Shown in pieces: positions 50,133 to 62,720 of a stretch of DNA of 64,000 bases. The position numbers were made by a program, and so were the translations under genes. Below the pieces are notes generated by a model that was given only the letters and a program-made list of their open reading frames with translations, made no database searches and was not told the DNA's origin. Numbering within the stretch: position 1 is the first letter of the stretch; every line of letters begins with the position of its first letter. The stretch covers positions 79,506,497 to 79,570,496 of the forward strand of contig NC_068987.1 of assembly GCF_001194135.2 (NCBI RefSeq), in the 5' to 3' direction. This stretch comes from Octopus bimaculoides (Eukaryota).

Positions 50133-51153
50133 AACACATTCTGTTAAACTATTGGTCAGGGTATGAGGAGATATTTCTTCTCAGAAATTGATCGTTGTCA
50201 TCAATTTCAAAAATTTCCTTTTTCCATTCGCTTGCACATAGTGTCTTCCAAGTCAATCCCCGTCACTGACATAGTGTTGATGCCAGCTGCCAATTCGAGT
50301 CAACGTTCTTCAATGTTGTAGGCCAATTTAATATGTTGGACAATTAACAAGCTGAAAGCTATGCAGTGAGAATATCTAATGCATCTTACTATCTAATCAG
50401 AAACTTAATGACATAAGCAGCTGTTAACACTGGCCCAACCCCGTCAACAGCGCTATCAAATGAAATATAAAATAAACCTTGAAGTGAACTTAAATAACGG
50501 CCTTTAATATGGTGAAAAATAAAATGAATGCCATGTTCGAGCATTGCAAAGGCCGTAACCAATTGTCAGCATCAATATGAAACAACATTTTGCGCTTGTA
50601 TTTAATTCATAGCTTTTAACTGCTTCCATTCAACTGCACAAACAACGTATCACTAATGCTTTGTGGGGTTTTGTATCACAGATGACACAACGCACGAATG
50701 ATGCTTCTGATGTTATGTTTGCGTAATTTTAAAGATTATTTGTGAGTTTTAATAAAAGCATAAAAGCATTCATCTATAATAGAAACATGGCGAAATCTAT
50801 TTGGATTGGTTGATATGGTGGTTACGGAGGTTATTTCGAGAGAAAAATTGATAGACAGGTAGGTTTATAGCATATAGCTATGCCGATATCGTGCGGTATG
50901 ATTTAGACAGGCCAACAAATAGATATGTAAACGTACCTACAAACATAAATGCATATATTATAGATGCATATATATATCACTATATGTATGTATATACATA
51001 TAAATGTGTGTCTGTGCGTGTGTAGAAGACAAAGTTGTTTCCAAAGGGATATGATATGACATTCAAATGCAGTCTGGATCGATTTTAAGCATCTGCCTCT
51101 TTGTTTTCATTTTAGGTAGAAAGGGTTTACGTCGCTGTTGATGTGAAAATTAC

Positions 51154-51280
51154 TTGTGCTGGTCAGTATCTTCCGGATTTTTACTAAAGGGCTCAGATAT
51201 CATCAAGCGTCCATTCATTAGCCCAAATGTTGATATGGATATTGGTCCTGCTAACCCATTGTGGGCCATTGTTTTATTGA
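51154..51280 (-). CDS. Speculative internal exon (NKTMAHNGLAGPISISTFGLMNGRLMISEPFSKNPEDTDQH)
   Basis: CTCTTTTCAG acceptor, CAA|GTAATT donor, 127 nt open, non-repetitive sequence. No homology recognised. Confidence 0.25.
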
Positions 51281-51402
51281 CTGAAAAGAGTTGTATGTAA
51301 TTATGTATGTATGCATGTATGTATGTATGTATGGATAGATGGATGGATGGATGTCATTATTGGGTTTTATTTCGAAATTTCTTGTCAATGAAGAGCCGGT
51401 TT

Positions 51403-51744
51403 CTAACCTAGATCCAAGGTTTCTTCATGTTTCTCTATAGCAGTATGGGAGCATTCCATTTTCTCTGCCAATTCCCTTGTCATTTGACGAGAATTTTTGT
51501 GCAAAAGTTGGTTTAATCGCTCTTCATCGAACTCAGCTGGGCGGCCAGAATGAGGTGCGTCTTTGAGGTCAAAATTTCCATTTTTTACCTTGGCATACCA
51601 ATCAGAAGCGGTTGTTTCAGCTATGGCACACTCTCCACACACAGCATAAATGTCGCGAGCAGCTTTTGCGGCCTTAGAACCTTGATTAAAAGCAAACAAA
51701 AAGAGGTGTCGAAAATGATCGTTTTTCTTAACTTGACATTCCAT
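51403..51744 (-). pseudogene. Truncated mariner transposase, N-terminal double HTH only
   Basis: FRHLFLFAFNQGSKAAKAARDI..V.GE.AIAETTA..W..K.KNGNFDLKD.PHSGRP.EFD.E.L..LL..NSRQ.TRELAEKM.CSHTAIEKH is the Mos1/Hsmar1-type DNA-binding domain. Similarity stops after about residue 106, and there is no DDD domain. Confidence 0.92.
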
Positions 51745-51791
51745 TTTAATGATCTGAGAATAAACAAAAATTAACTAAAATTAACTAGGAA

Positions 51792-51935
51792 AAAAAAATA
51801 GATTCCAAAATGATTCAAAAATAGAATTCTCGTAAAAAATAGATTCCAAAATTATTCAAAAATAGAATTCTCGAAAAAAATAGATTCCAAAATGATTCAA
51901 AAATAGAATTCTCGAAAAAAATAGATTCCAAAATT
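51792..51935. repeat. 41-bp tandem repeat, about 3.4 copies, in the mariner leader
   Basis: TAGATTCCAAAA starts at 51799, 51840, 51881 and 51922. Confidence 0.95.
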
Positions 51936-52576
51936 CTAAAACGCAATAAATTCCAAAATTTAAAGAAACGGCGGTAACTTAGTTACCAACCCAATACAAA
52001 GAAAGAAAGCCTAGTTGGAATTTTTGTAAGAAGGTAGTCCAGATGATGTTAAACAACGTAACGAAATATGACTATTACCTCCCATATCATGCACAGAGAC
52101 TTGTTTTTGTGTAATTTCCCGTCCAACGATTTCGTTTGAATTGTTGAAGGAAACATTTTCCTATTTTTATGAGATACTACGCAACGCGAACGAACTTTTG
52201 TCCAAGTCGTATTATCGTTCAAACTTCTAAGTTTTTTGTTTTTTTTATGATAATGAGTACTGTTACGAATATTCTGTGGAAATAGACAGGATTAGAGGAA
52301 TGATTAGGGACTGAAGGAAGGTAAAATAATCTATTAATGGCGATTATAAGAAGTGGTCTCCCTATTTGGACTTAATCTCTCGAAGAAAACGGTGAGAACT
52401 TTTCTCGAAATTTTCATCTCTGTACTTATACACACACACACAATACGTACTTGCATACATACGTACATACACACATACATACATACATACACACCAGAGT
52501 TTTGTGACTATTGATGTATAACAACATTCGATAGCCTGGTCGATACCGTGATACGCAGACACAAATACCTACACAC

Positions 52577-52661
<85 letters not shown>

Positions 52662-53274
52662 TATATATGTGCGAGTTTTGGGAAAACAAATTTGTTCCGA
52701 TTTATAGCAAGTTGAATATAAAAGAGGTTCATTTGAAATATGTAGTGTTATTCTGATACAAATACATAAGCAAACTTATTGCATATTCTATAGGCTGAAA
52801 AGAAATTACACATCGCTTCAGGTGTCAATTAGCTTAAAAAGAAGAGAATTCTTCGTAAAGAAACATTGGATAAGATGAAAATATATTCACATTTACGATT
52901 TGTAATGACTGACAATAATTCTCAATGGAACCAATTTGATTTCTTTAACAAAAATGTTTATTGGAAATAAAAAATATTTTGAAACAATTCGTAACTATAC
53001 CTTTAAGCTAAGGGAAGGAAATGAAGAAAATGATAAACGGTTTTTTAACTCCCTACCTCTGTATCACGAAATTATTAACCAACCTAGTAAACTGGCTGTA
53101 TCATTAATAATGTGAAGTTGTTATCTATAACTTCTAATGCAAACTTGATTAATTTATCAAGGTTTTCTTCACTGCAACTAGTATTTCTAAATATATAGAT
53201 ACCAGCTGAAAGACAAACGCTCAGATAGAAATAGCATCATAATATACATTTATAATTAGCTATCAATAAGTTTT

Positions 53275-53765
53275 TGAGCCTGGCAGAATCGTAAGCACAC
53301 TAGGAAAAATGCTTGGCGGCATTTCGTTTGTTATTACGTTCTGAGTTCAAATTCCGCCGATGTCGACTTTACCGTTCATCCTTTTGTTATGTCCTTTTTA
53401 CATTCTATGTTCAAATTTCTTCATGGTTTCGTGTTTCCGATTCGATAAACTGAAAATGTAATTAAGTACGGTAATGCGATTTAATCATTTAAATTCTTTC
53501 CTTGCTAATGTATTGCCGTTGTATGAATGTTAGAAATCAGTAATTAATTACCGAATTAGGCGGAGAGCCGTTAGAATCGTTACCATGCTGGGTCAAATGC
53601 TGAGCAGTATTTCGTTCATCTTTACGTTCTGAGTTCAATTTATCCCGAGGTCAGCTTTGCCTTTCGGGTTTGATAAAACAAGTATCTGTTGAGCACTGGG
53701 GTCGAAGTAATTGACAAACCCCGCTTCCACGAACTTGCTAGCTTCATACCAATATTTGAAACCAA
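53275..53765 (+). mobile_element. Two degenerate SINE family B copies (53275-53450, 53555-53765)
   Basis: TGGCAGAATCGTAAGCAC..TTACGTTCTGAGTTCAAATTCCGCCG and GGCGGAGAGCCGTTAGAATCGTTA..CACTGGGGTCGA. Confidence 0.75.
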
Positions 53766-54049
53766 CAATTAATTATTGAATATTTAGCTTCTTAACCAAA
53801 AGCGAATTCTTACGAAAACATAAAAAGAAAGAGGTTTTTAGGGAGCGGGATTACAGAGAAACTGTAATTTATTATAAATATGTGAATGAAAGGAAGCAGA
53901 AGTATAAAAATATGCAAGATTTTTCAAAGTCTGACAAGTAACACTTATTCGTTGGTGTTATCCAAATTCTGACGAAGGAGCTTTGGTACTTGTTTTTTTA
54001 GAAATCAATCCTTTCATTTGTTGGGAGATTCTCATAAAGGTTCCTTATC

Positions 54050-55340
54050 GTAGCAGAAGGCCGGTAGTTTTAATGAGAAGAGGGTTAGTCGATTACATCA
54101 ACCCCAGTGCTTAGCTGGTACACCTTTTCTTCGACTTACAACCGAGTTCCGTTTCGACTGACAGGTCGTAAATCGATTTGGTCGTATGTCGGATATATAT
54201 TTTTCAACACTATATTTATTCAAACGCAACTGGTGCTTGAAAGCGACTGAATGAGAGACATAGGCAAGCAGTGGATGCCTGGGTCTGAGGGAGGTCTGCC
54301 TAGCCAGATGCTGTCATAGTTATCGTACGCGCAGGTACCCAACGTCTGAAAATCGATTTGTTTATTTATTTTTGTATGTATTTATTCTTTGTGGCCGTAA
54401 GTGCGGATGGTCATCAGTCGCATAGGTCGTATGTCGAGTAAAAGGTGTACTTCTTGCATCGAAACCGAAATGATGACAGTCGAATTTAAACTCAAAACAG
54501 AAAGAACGGGAAGAAGTGTCGCTACACATTTTGTGCGACGCGCTATGTATTCTGCTGTCTCACCATTTTACTAATGAGGAGGAGACCATGGGATTGCACA
54601 TAGAAAGTCACCCTCCGAGGCACAATTCCGGGCAAGGTTGTTTGTGGAAGACCAGCGGTTGCCCGTGCCTACCAGCTTCCCCCTCTCCACACCACTGATG
54701 TTATCCAAGGGAAAGGCAAAGGCCAATACAGTTTGACACCAGTAATGTCCCAAGTCTTTTCTACAGCTTAGTTAACTGGAGCAACGTGAAATAAAGTATC
54801 TTGCTCAAGAACACAACACGCAGCCCGGTCCAGGAATCGAACTCACAACCTCACGATCGTAAGCTCGACGCTCTAACCACTGAGCCATGCGCCTTCACGA
54901 AGAGTTCTAATAATTTTTTCTAATTTCGTGAAGAGGCCATCAATGTTGAGTGAGGGAGCAAATCGATTACATCGACCCCATTACTTGACTGGGATTTATT
55001 TTATCGACTCCGAAAAGATGAAAGGTAAAGTCATCCTTGGCGGAATTTGAACTGAGACGGATGAAATCCTCTTAAGCATTTTGTCCGGCATGCCGCTAAG
55101 TATTGTGTCCAACATGTTAGCGATGCAATAATTTCGCACCTCTTTAATTTTAATAATAATCCCTTCTACTATAGGTACAAAACCTGAAATTGTGAGGGAC
55201 GGATCTTGTCATTTACATCGATCTCCGTATTCTACTTATCGATCCTGAAAGGATGAAAGGGAAAGTTGAATTCCGCAGTATTTGAATTGAGAAAGTAAGG
55301 AAGTTTGAATACTGCTAAGCAATTTGTCCAGCTCGCTCCC
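54050..55340 (-). mobile_element. Cluster of degenerate SINE family B copies (54050-54135, 54410-54560, 54905-55095, 55160-55340)
   Basis: Repeated TCGATTACATCGACCCC, GAAAGGATGAAAGG and GGCGGAATTTGAACT blocks. Confidence 0.7.
54582..54898 (-). mobile_element. SINE family C, full-length tRNA head
   Basis: Reverse complement GTGAAGGCGCATGGCTCAGTGGTTAGAGCGTCGAGCTTACGATCGTGAGGTTGTGAGTTCGATTCCTGG has clear A and B boxes. Confidence 0.9.
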
Positions 55341-55479
55341 TTTAACAACAAAAACAATAATAATTATAATAATAATAAATAGCCCTTCTGGATGTTTTGA
55401 GCTTGAGAATCACTATGTTTTTGACAAAAACTTATCCAGCATCTTTGAAAACGACGAGGAGTCTCTACACGACTCTACC

Positions 55480-55580
55480 GTATGCGAAATAGGCCACGTG
55501 TGGGATCTGACGTGGCCTACCAGCGTGAAAAGTTTCACGCATGCGCATGAAAAGTGGTGTCGCCTCGCACCCAATGGATT
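55480..55580. promoter_or_regulatory. Candidate CpG-rich regulatory element
   Basis: GCCACGTG (55493-55500), TGACGTGG (55508-55515), CACGCATGCGCATG (about 55536-55549) and CCAAT (55571-55575) within 90 bp. Confidence 0.3.
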
Positions 55581-55625
55581 TTGCTCACACTGCAATAGTT
55601 TCCGCAGAAAACAAATAAGGTGGAA

Positions 55626-55687
<62 letters not shown>

Positions 55688-57604
55688 NNNNNNNNNNNNN
55701 NNNNNNNNNNNNNNNNNNNNNNNNNNNNNNNNNNNNNNNNNNNNNNNNNNNNNNNNNNNNNNNNNNNNNNNNNNNNNNNNNNNNNNNNNNNNNNNNNNNN
55801 NNNNNNNNNNNNNNNNNNNNNNNNNNNNNNNNNNNNNNNNNNNNNNNNNNNNNNNNNNNNNNNNNNNNNNNNNNNNNNNNNNNNNNNNNNNNNNNNNNNN
55901 NNNNNNNNNNNNNNNNNNNNNNNNNNNNNNNNNNNNNNNNNNNNNNNNNNNNNNNNNNNNNNNNNNNNNNNNNNNNNNNNNNNNNNNNNNNNNNNNNNNN
56001 NNNNNNNNNNNNNNNNNNNNNNNNNNNNNNNNNNNNNNNNNNNNNNNNNNNNNNNNNNNNNNNNNNNNNNNNNNNNNNNNNNNNNNNNNNNNNNNNNNNN
56101 NNNNNNNNNNNNNNNNNNNNNNNNNNNNNNNNNNNNNNNNNNNNNNNNNNNNNNNNNNNNNNNNNNNNNNNNNNNNNNNNNNNNNNNNNNNNNNNNNNNN
56201 NNNNNNNNNNNNNNNNNNNNNNNNNNNNNNNNNNNNNNNNNNNNNNNNNNNNNNNNNNNNNNNNNNNNNNNNNNNNNNNNNNNNNNNNNNNNNNNNNNNN
56301 NNNNNNNNNNNNNNNNNNNNNNNNNNNNNNNNNNNNNNNNNNNNNNNNNNNNNNNNNNNNNNNNNNNNNNNNNNNNNNNNNNNNNNNNNNNNNNNNNNNN
56401 NNNNNNNNNNNNNNNNNNNNNNNNNNNNNNNNNNNNNNNNNNNNNNNNNNNNNNNNNNNNNNNNNNNNNNNNNNNNNNNNNNNNNNNNNNNNNNNNNNNN
56501 NTATATATATATATATAATTATTACAAATTAAAAGGGTAAAGGATTATCAATTTATTAATTAATAAATCAATTAACAATTAATAATTTTTACCAAGCCCA
56601 TCGGTTTCTGAACTTCGGTATTTGGTGAAGCAAATATTTGGTGAAGCAAATATTTGCTGATCCCTTAATTATATATATATATATATATTCATACATATAT
56701 AAATATATGTAAAATATATATTTGATATATATTATAAGCGTACTTGAATGATTAGTTCTAATTCATAGTACGATCTATTGTTGCATATGCATCTACATTA
56801 ACGTATTAACGTGCAGAACGTACTACTTTTAACCCAATAAATACAAAGAGTGACTTTATATGCAGTCATATAACAGAAAACAAAATGCATTTGCGAATAT
56901 TTAACAGATTCATAAATAACGTCAAGATCAATATCCACAATCTATGAATGACGGGATGAAAGAAAAGTTATTTCATCAACAAAAATAAATAGAATACCTC
57001 TTATACTGTATAAAAATCACAAATGCATACTGCGTATGATCTCACGTAAAACAGTCCACGTTAGCAGAACAAAATAATACAATAGAATTTGAATTTAAAA
57101 AGAGATATGCAACTTGTCTTGGTAGCACTTATTTAGGTAACCATATGTTAACCCCATCCCCCATCCACTGGCTTGGTTCTCCTCCACATAAAACTTAATG
57201 TAAATAGATGTGTGGCTAAACAGTTCTATTACAAACAGGATAATAATATAAATGCAGGAAAGCTTTCTCTTAATCTAATTCATCACATCGTAGTAGTGAA
57301 GATTAATTTCCTTTTTTTATAAAAATAAACACTACAACGAAAGAAAAACATGAAAAGAAAAAGAAGAATCTGTTATGTTTGTAACATTCCCTCACCTATC
57401 CCCCTTCTATCGTGAGAGTCAGTTTTCATTTTTATTTTGGCTGTCTTTTTGAGGCTTTTGTTATTTTATATTATTTATTTTTTTAACAATAGCGCCTGTA
57501 GTTGGATCACATTGCGATCTCGTTGTCATCGTTGACTTCATAAGATTTGAAATGTCAGCAGAAAATTTAGAGCCGTTAAGACAAGGCAGCCATCCTCTAT
57601 ATCC

Positions 57605-57648
57605 TCAGGGAATTTGCTTCAGGCTTGTGTTAATACTATAGAACAACA
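57605..57648 (-). other. Strong 3' splice site opening a candidate terminal exon
   Basis: About 90 nt of almost pure pyrimidines (reverse complement of 57652-57745) ending TTTTTGCAG|T. Short frames CCSIVLTQA* or LFYSINTSLKQIP* follow, then U-rich sequence. Confidence 0.3.
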
Positions 57649-58139
57649 CTGCAAAAAGAAGAGGAAGAAGAAAGAAAGAAGAAAATGAAGAAAACCGTGA
57701 AGAAGTAAAAGTAAAAGAGGAGAGAGAAGAAGAAAAATAAAGGCTCATTCCTTGAGTTTCTTAGGAAAACGGTTCGGTTAAGAGATCTGTGTGGTCTTAC
57801 AAGTGTCTTCAGTAATTATCCTCCGACATGTTCCAAGCCAACGAGAGGTCGTGCTGCCGTTAACAGAATAGTGCAAGGAATTATTAGCCCGCCGGTAATC
57901 TTGCACTCAACGCTACCCATGTTCTTTTATATGCTGACATCAAATACTGTGAATAGACCAGCATTTTCTGAAATAGCAAGCATTAGCTTTCATTAGTATT
58001 CATGAAATATGCAAATTACCACCTACTAACAAATTCTACCAGTTCAATCATTTAAAAATTTTTAATATTTGTAAAAACAACAATAACAGCGGTAACAAAA
58101 AAAAATACAATAATGTAATCTACTATTTAAGTACACATC

Positions 58140-58179
<40 letters not shown>

Positions 58180-58869
58180 CTGATTGTGAATAGATATGCG
58201 TGTGTATTTGTGTGTGTTTGTGTTTGTGTGTGTGTGTTTTGTGGTGAGGATAATGTTTATGTAACGAATTGCAATGAAAACAATGATCGAGACAAAAAGG
58301 TAAATCCGTAGAAAATTCTATGAAACTAGAAATTTATGCACAAGTTTTTCTTTATTTATTTGTCTCCCTTTATATTTATGTCACACCGTGTTTATGAGGT
58401 TATTAAAATGTATTACCTTCTATCTATATGCACATGTCGTTATAGTAAGTTGAAATATATCGATCTTCTCTCGTCTTTTTTTAGACATCCTCTTCTGTGT
58501 CCATAAGAGGGAGTTTACAATGCAAGATATTTAGTGCACGCAACATTGAAAATTCCCTTTCTCCATTGCTCCCTATTCACAGTGAGCTTAGCAGCTTTAG
58601 CAAAGCTAATGCTATATCTGACTATTCCAACATTGGCTTCCGAAACATATGTATTTTGTAAAGTATATCGATGCATACTATTATAGTATCATTATTTATA
58701 CAGCGGCATATTCACGTGTTTTGGTATATATACAATGTTTTGTGATGTCTAGGAGAGAAAAAAAAATTAACGTAATACTATTAAGCAATCTTAATAATAT
58801 TTATCACATAATTTTATTTAATATATATATTCCTCTTTTCATACATATTACATATACACAAACATACAC

Positions 58870-58933
<64 letters not shown>

Positions 58934-59397
58934 GTGTGTGTGTAGGGGTGTGTATGTATACACAAACACATATGTACACACATATATGTATATGTATAAA
59001 TACATATATACGTTTATATCTAAATACAGACACACCAACATATACCCACGCACACACACTCACACACATATACATTCACATACATGTATATATATATATA
59101 TGTACATATACACATAATGTAAGTAAGTCTTCAGAAAATTTATGGAGCTATTCTATCTATTAAGAGCCGGTTGCAAAGAAATTGACAATGTTCTCTAGTG
59201 CTGAGAATCTCTGTTGATGTAAATGTATGTGTTTATATGCGCATGCAATTGGTATGTAGACCACCTTCCATTAGTATCAAACAGAGAAGCTTTGGAATTT
59301 TGGAAAAGAAATTCAATAATCTCTACGATAGTATATTTCCTTCTTCAGTAGTCGATCGCATAGAGTGATGTATGCATATATACATATACATGATAAC

Positions 59398-59443
<46 letters not shown>

Positions 59444-59486
59444 ACATGTATCTATATGCATTTTTAAGTGAATATATATATATATG

Positions 59487-59522
<36 letters not shown>

Positions 59523-60743
59523 TACATACGCATATGAATCTCTCTCTCTGTCTGTCTGTCTGTCTCTCTCTCTATATATATATATACTTACATATATGCA
59601 TATATGTAAGTATATGTATGCATGTGTATTCGCCCGCATGTCTGTGCGTCTGTACGTGAACATATATGCAGTAAGCTGGTGGTGAATTCACTTGTGAAAC
59701 ACATTTATTTAAAGCAAAATTTCTTTCCATCTTATTATAACTGCCGAGATGTTTGTGGTCGGTTGCTTTTTAAATACTAATTCTTTCATATATCTATCAA
59801 ACTTTCTGGGATGTATGACCCTGTGATTTCAATGGTCAGCAATGTAATGACACTTCTAGTTGGAACTCGGGTTTATATTTCGTGACTTTCTTTTTAATTG
59901 GGAACTGGATGCTGTAGTGTTTGATAGAAGGCCATTAATTGAAACATGTCTTTACCATATGTAGTTTTCGTGTCTTCATCCGATATTAACATGATACTAT
60001 TCATAAGAAGAAAGTATCTTGTATAACGTTGCACGAATGCACATATTAATGTATGTATAGGTTTGTATAGGTATGCATATGTGTATCTGTGCGTTCACAC
60101 GACTTGATAAATTCAGTTTTAGTAGTGCCATATGAACTACGTTTAATATCCTAGCTAAATACAGATGAGAAAAATCGATGCTGTTTCTTCTTCCTTTCCC
60201 TATAGCAGAACAAGCTGATATTCTGAAAACGTACAACCTTACCAAGTCATTATAATTCTGCATCATAATCCATGTTATTATTAGTCATCCATGAATACTA
60301 CTGCTCTCAATCTTCTGAGATGAATCGTATGCAATCAGGATATAGCCTCCCTTTTCTACATTGAGAAGAGCTGATATATTTCCTTACTTAATAAAGCTCT
60401 TCCTACATTATATTAGGTAGCTGGCTCTTAAGAATTCATTTGGTGGTTATTAGTATTTAGTAAAGGTTCGTGTTTAAGATATATTTGAATTTCATATGAA
60501 GACAATATAGCAAGAGATATCTCACTGAAGGTAGCATACTTAGTACGGAAACAAATCATAGGCTGGTCGGTGAAAGCTAGAAAGATTATTATTATTATTT
60601 TTTTAAAGAATGCTCATCGTATTAGGTGAACAATTTTACCAGTACTACTATAATAACCTTTTCTTCAGGAGTAATCTAAAACTATAGTTTTCCGTTTGAT
60701 GAATAAGCTTATAGCATGAATATAGTGTATTGAATATGTATAT

Positions 60744-61125
60744 GTTGGCACTCCGTCGCTTACGACGTCGAGGGTTCCAGTTGATCCGATCAACGGAACA
60801 GCCTGCTCATGAAATTAACGTGCAAGTGGCTGAGCACTCCACAGACACGTGTACCCTTAACGTAGTTCTCGGGGATTTTCAGCGTGACACAGAGTGTGAC
60901 AAGGCTGGCCCTTTGAATTACAGGCACAACAGAAACAGGAAGTAAGAGTGAGAGAAAGTTGTGGTGAGAGAGTACAGCAGGGTTCGCCACCATCCCCTGC
61001 CGGAGCCTCGTGGAGCTTTAGGTGTTTTTCGCTCAATAAACACACATAACGCCCGGTCTGGGAATCGAAACTGCAATCCTATGACCGCGAGTCCGCTGTC
61101 CTAACCACTGGGCCATTGCGCCTCC
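60744..61125 (-). mobile_element. SINE family D, full length
   Basis: Reverse-complement head GGAGGCGCAATGGCCCAGTGGTTAGGACAGCGGACTCGCGG; flanking AATATGTATAT / AATATGAATAT. Confidence 0.93.
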
Positions 61126-62720
61126 AATATGAATATAATGCATTAAATACTATACAAAAAATGTTCTTGATTATTTTCTTCCGCATCTGGAGCAGGCTTT
61201 AGTTAAAATGTAATAATTTTGATATGTTATCTGGAGACGACGATTATTTCAATAAAACATGAATATTTTTTACGTTTTGTCTATGCTAATCAAATACATA
61301 GCACAGGCCACTTTGAACTATTTCTAACTTACATTGGTTTAAATTATAGCATGAACGCTTCTTAATAAATGTCTATTTTTGGTCGATGCCTTTTTTAACT
61401 AAGAGTCGTGATGACACTGTTGAAATGTTCTGAAGTGTGACAGTTTGTTTTGTGTAATTCTGACACAGCATTGCTTTCATAAACGAGATACCTTACTCAG
61501 AAATAATGTAAGCAACTATGTTTAGGATATATTTTGGGAACTATATTTAAGATATATTTCAATCTTGTGCTTAGTGAGTACTGTATTAGCCTCATGTCAC
61601 CAACTTCATTTGTCTTCGCTACTGATCTTACCTTTTTGATTAATTTCTCCCCACCTGCCTTTCTTTTGTTGCATTAGCTCTTAAACTCCTGTATAGAGGA
61701 GTTCTTCATATCAGCTGGTATTTCCGACTACAACTTTAATATTTAAGATCTCCAACATCGTTCAAAGTTTAACAATACATCAATGTATTCCTGAAAAACA
61801 AAAAATAGAAAGCAGGAGACAAAAAAATAAAGAATATCAAACTTAGCCGGAATACTGTACATATTCAACACTATATAAAAATGATATACGGAGACAGGAA
61901 GGCGTTAAAAACAAACAGCTAATCATAAAGGAACGAATATAGTAAACCATAAAACTATAGCACATTAGCTGACTGGCCATCAGTACTGATACAAGTCATG
62001 TAGACATTTTGTTTTCGGTTAAGCTGGCTGCTAATTCAATGTCCAGCAAAGTAGGCTTTATTAATTGAATCAAAACATTAGTTTTACGGACATTTTAGCT
62101 TCATTTCTTTTTTGCATCAATGAAGTTAATTCCAGCTGCAAGCAAGTTGGGACTGAACTCGATTTCTGAGCTTTTCTATGAAGTACTTAACTGCCTTGAG
62201 GCTTAATCCATCTGTTTCTATATACATACATGAGGATAAAGCTATATATATATATATGCATACACACATACATACATATATACATATATATATACACATA
62301 CATATACACATATATGTATATATATATATGTGTAGGTATATAGATGCATATATATATATATATGCATACACACATACATACATATATACATATATATATA
62401 CACATACATATACACNNNNNNNNNNNNNNNNNNNNNNNNNNNNNNNNNNNNNNNNNNNNNNNNNNNNNNNNNNNNNNNNNNNNNNNNNNNNNNNNNNNNN
62501 NNNNNNNNNNNNNNNNNNNNNNNNNNNNNNNNNNNNNNNNNNNNNNNNNNNNNNNNNNNNNNNNNNNNNNNNNNNNNNNNNNNNNNNNNNNNNNNNNNNN
62601 NNNNNNNNNNNNNNNNNNNNNNNNNNNNNNNNNNNNNNNNNNNNNNNNNNNNNNNNNNNNNNNNNNNNNNNNNNNNNNNNNNNNNNNNNNNNNNNNNNNN
62701 NNNNNNNNNNNNNNNNTATA

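Larger units (their letters stand above)
51360..51994 (-). mobile_element. Internally deleted mariner transposon
   Basis: 5' TIR TA-TTGGGTTGGTAACTAAGTTACCGCC at 51996-51970. Only TA-TTGGGTT remains at the other end (51358-51366). Contains a transposase N-terminus. Confidence 0.85.

Noticed and set aside
51116-51300. Plus-strand frame GRKGLRRC-TGA-CENYLCW as a selenocysteine exon
   Set aside because: No selenoprotein family resemblance or SECIS seen; the openness is explained as the antisense of the minus-strand candidate exon.
30417-57620. Similarity between SKYPELSDFTWVLKALKFL (30.4 kb) and SKFPEDIEDGCLVLTALNFL (57.6 kb)
   Set aside because: The second peptide is directly preceded by a stop in its frame, and the match is 20 residues found post hoc; likely chance.
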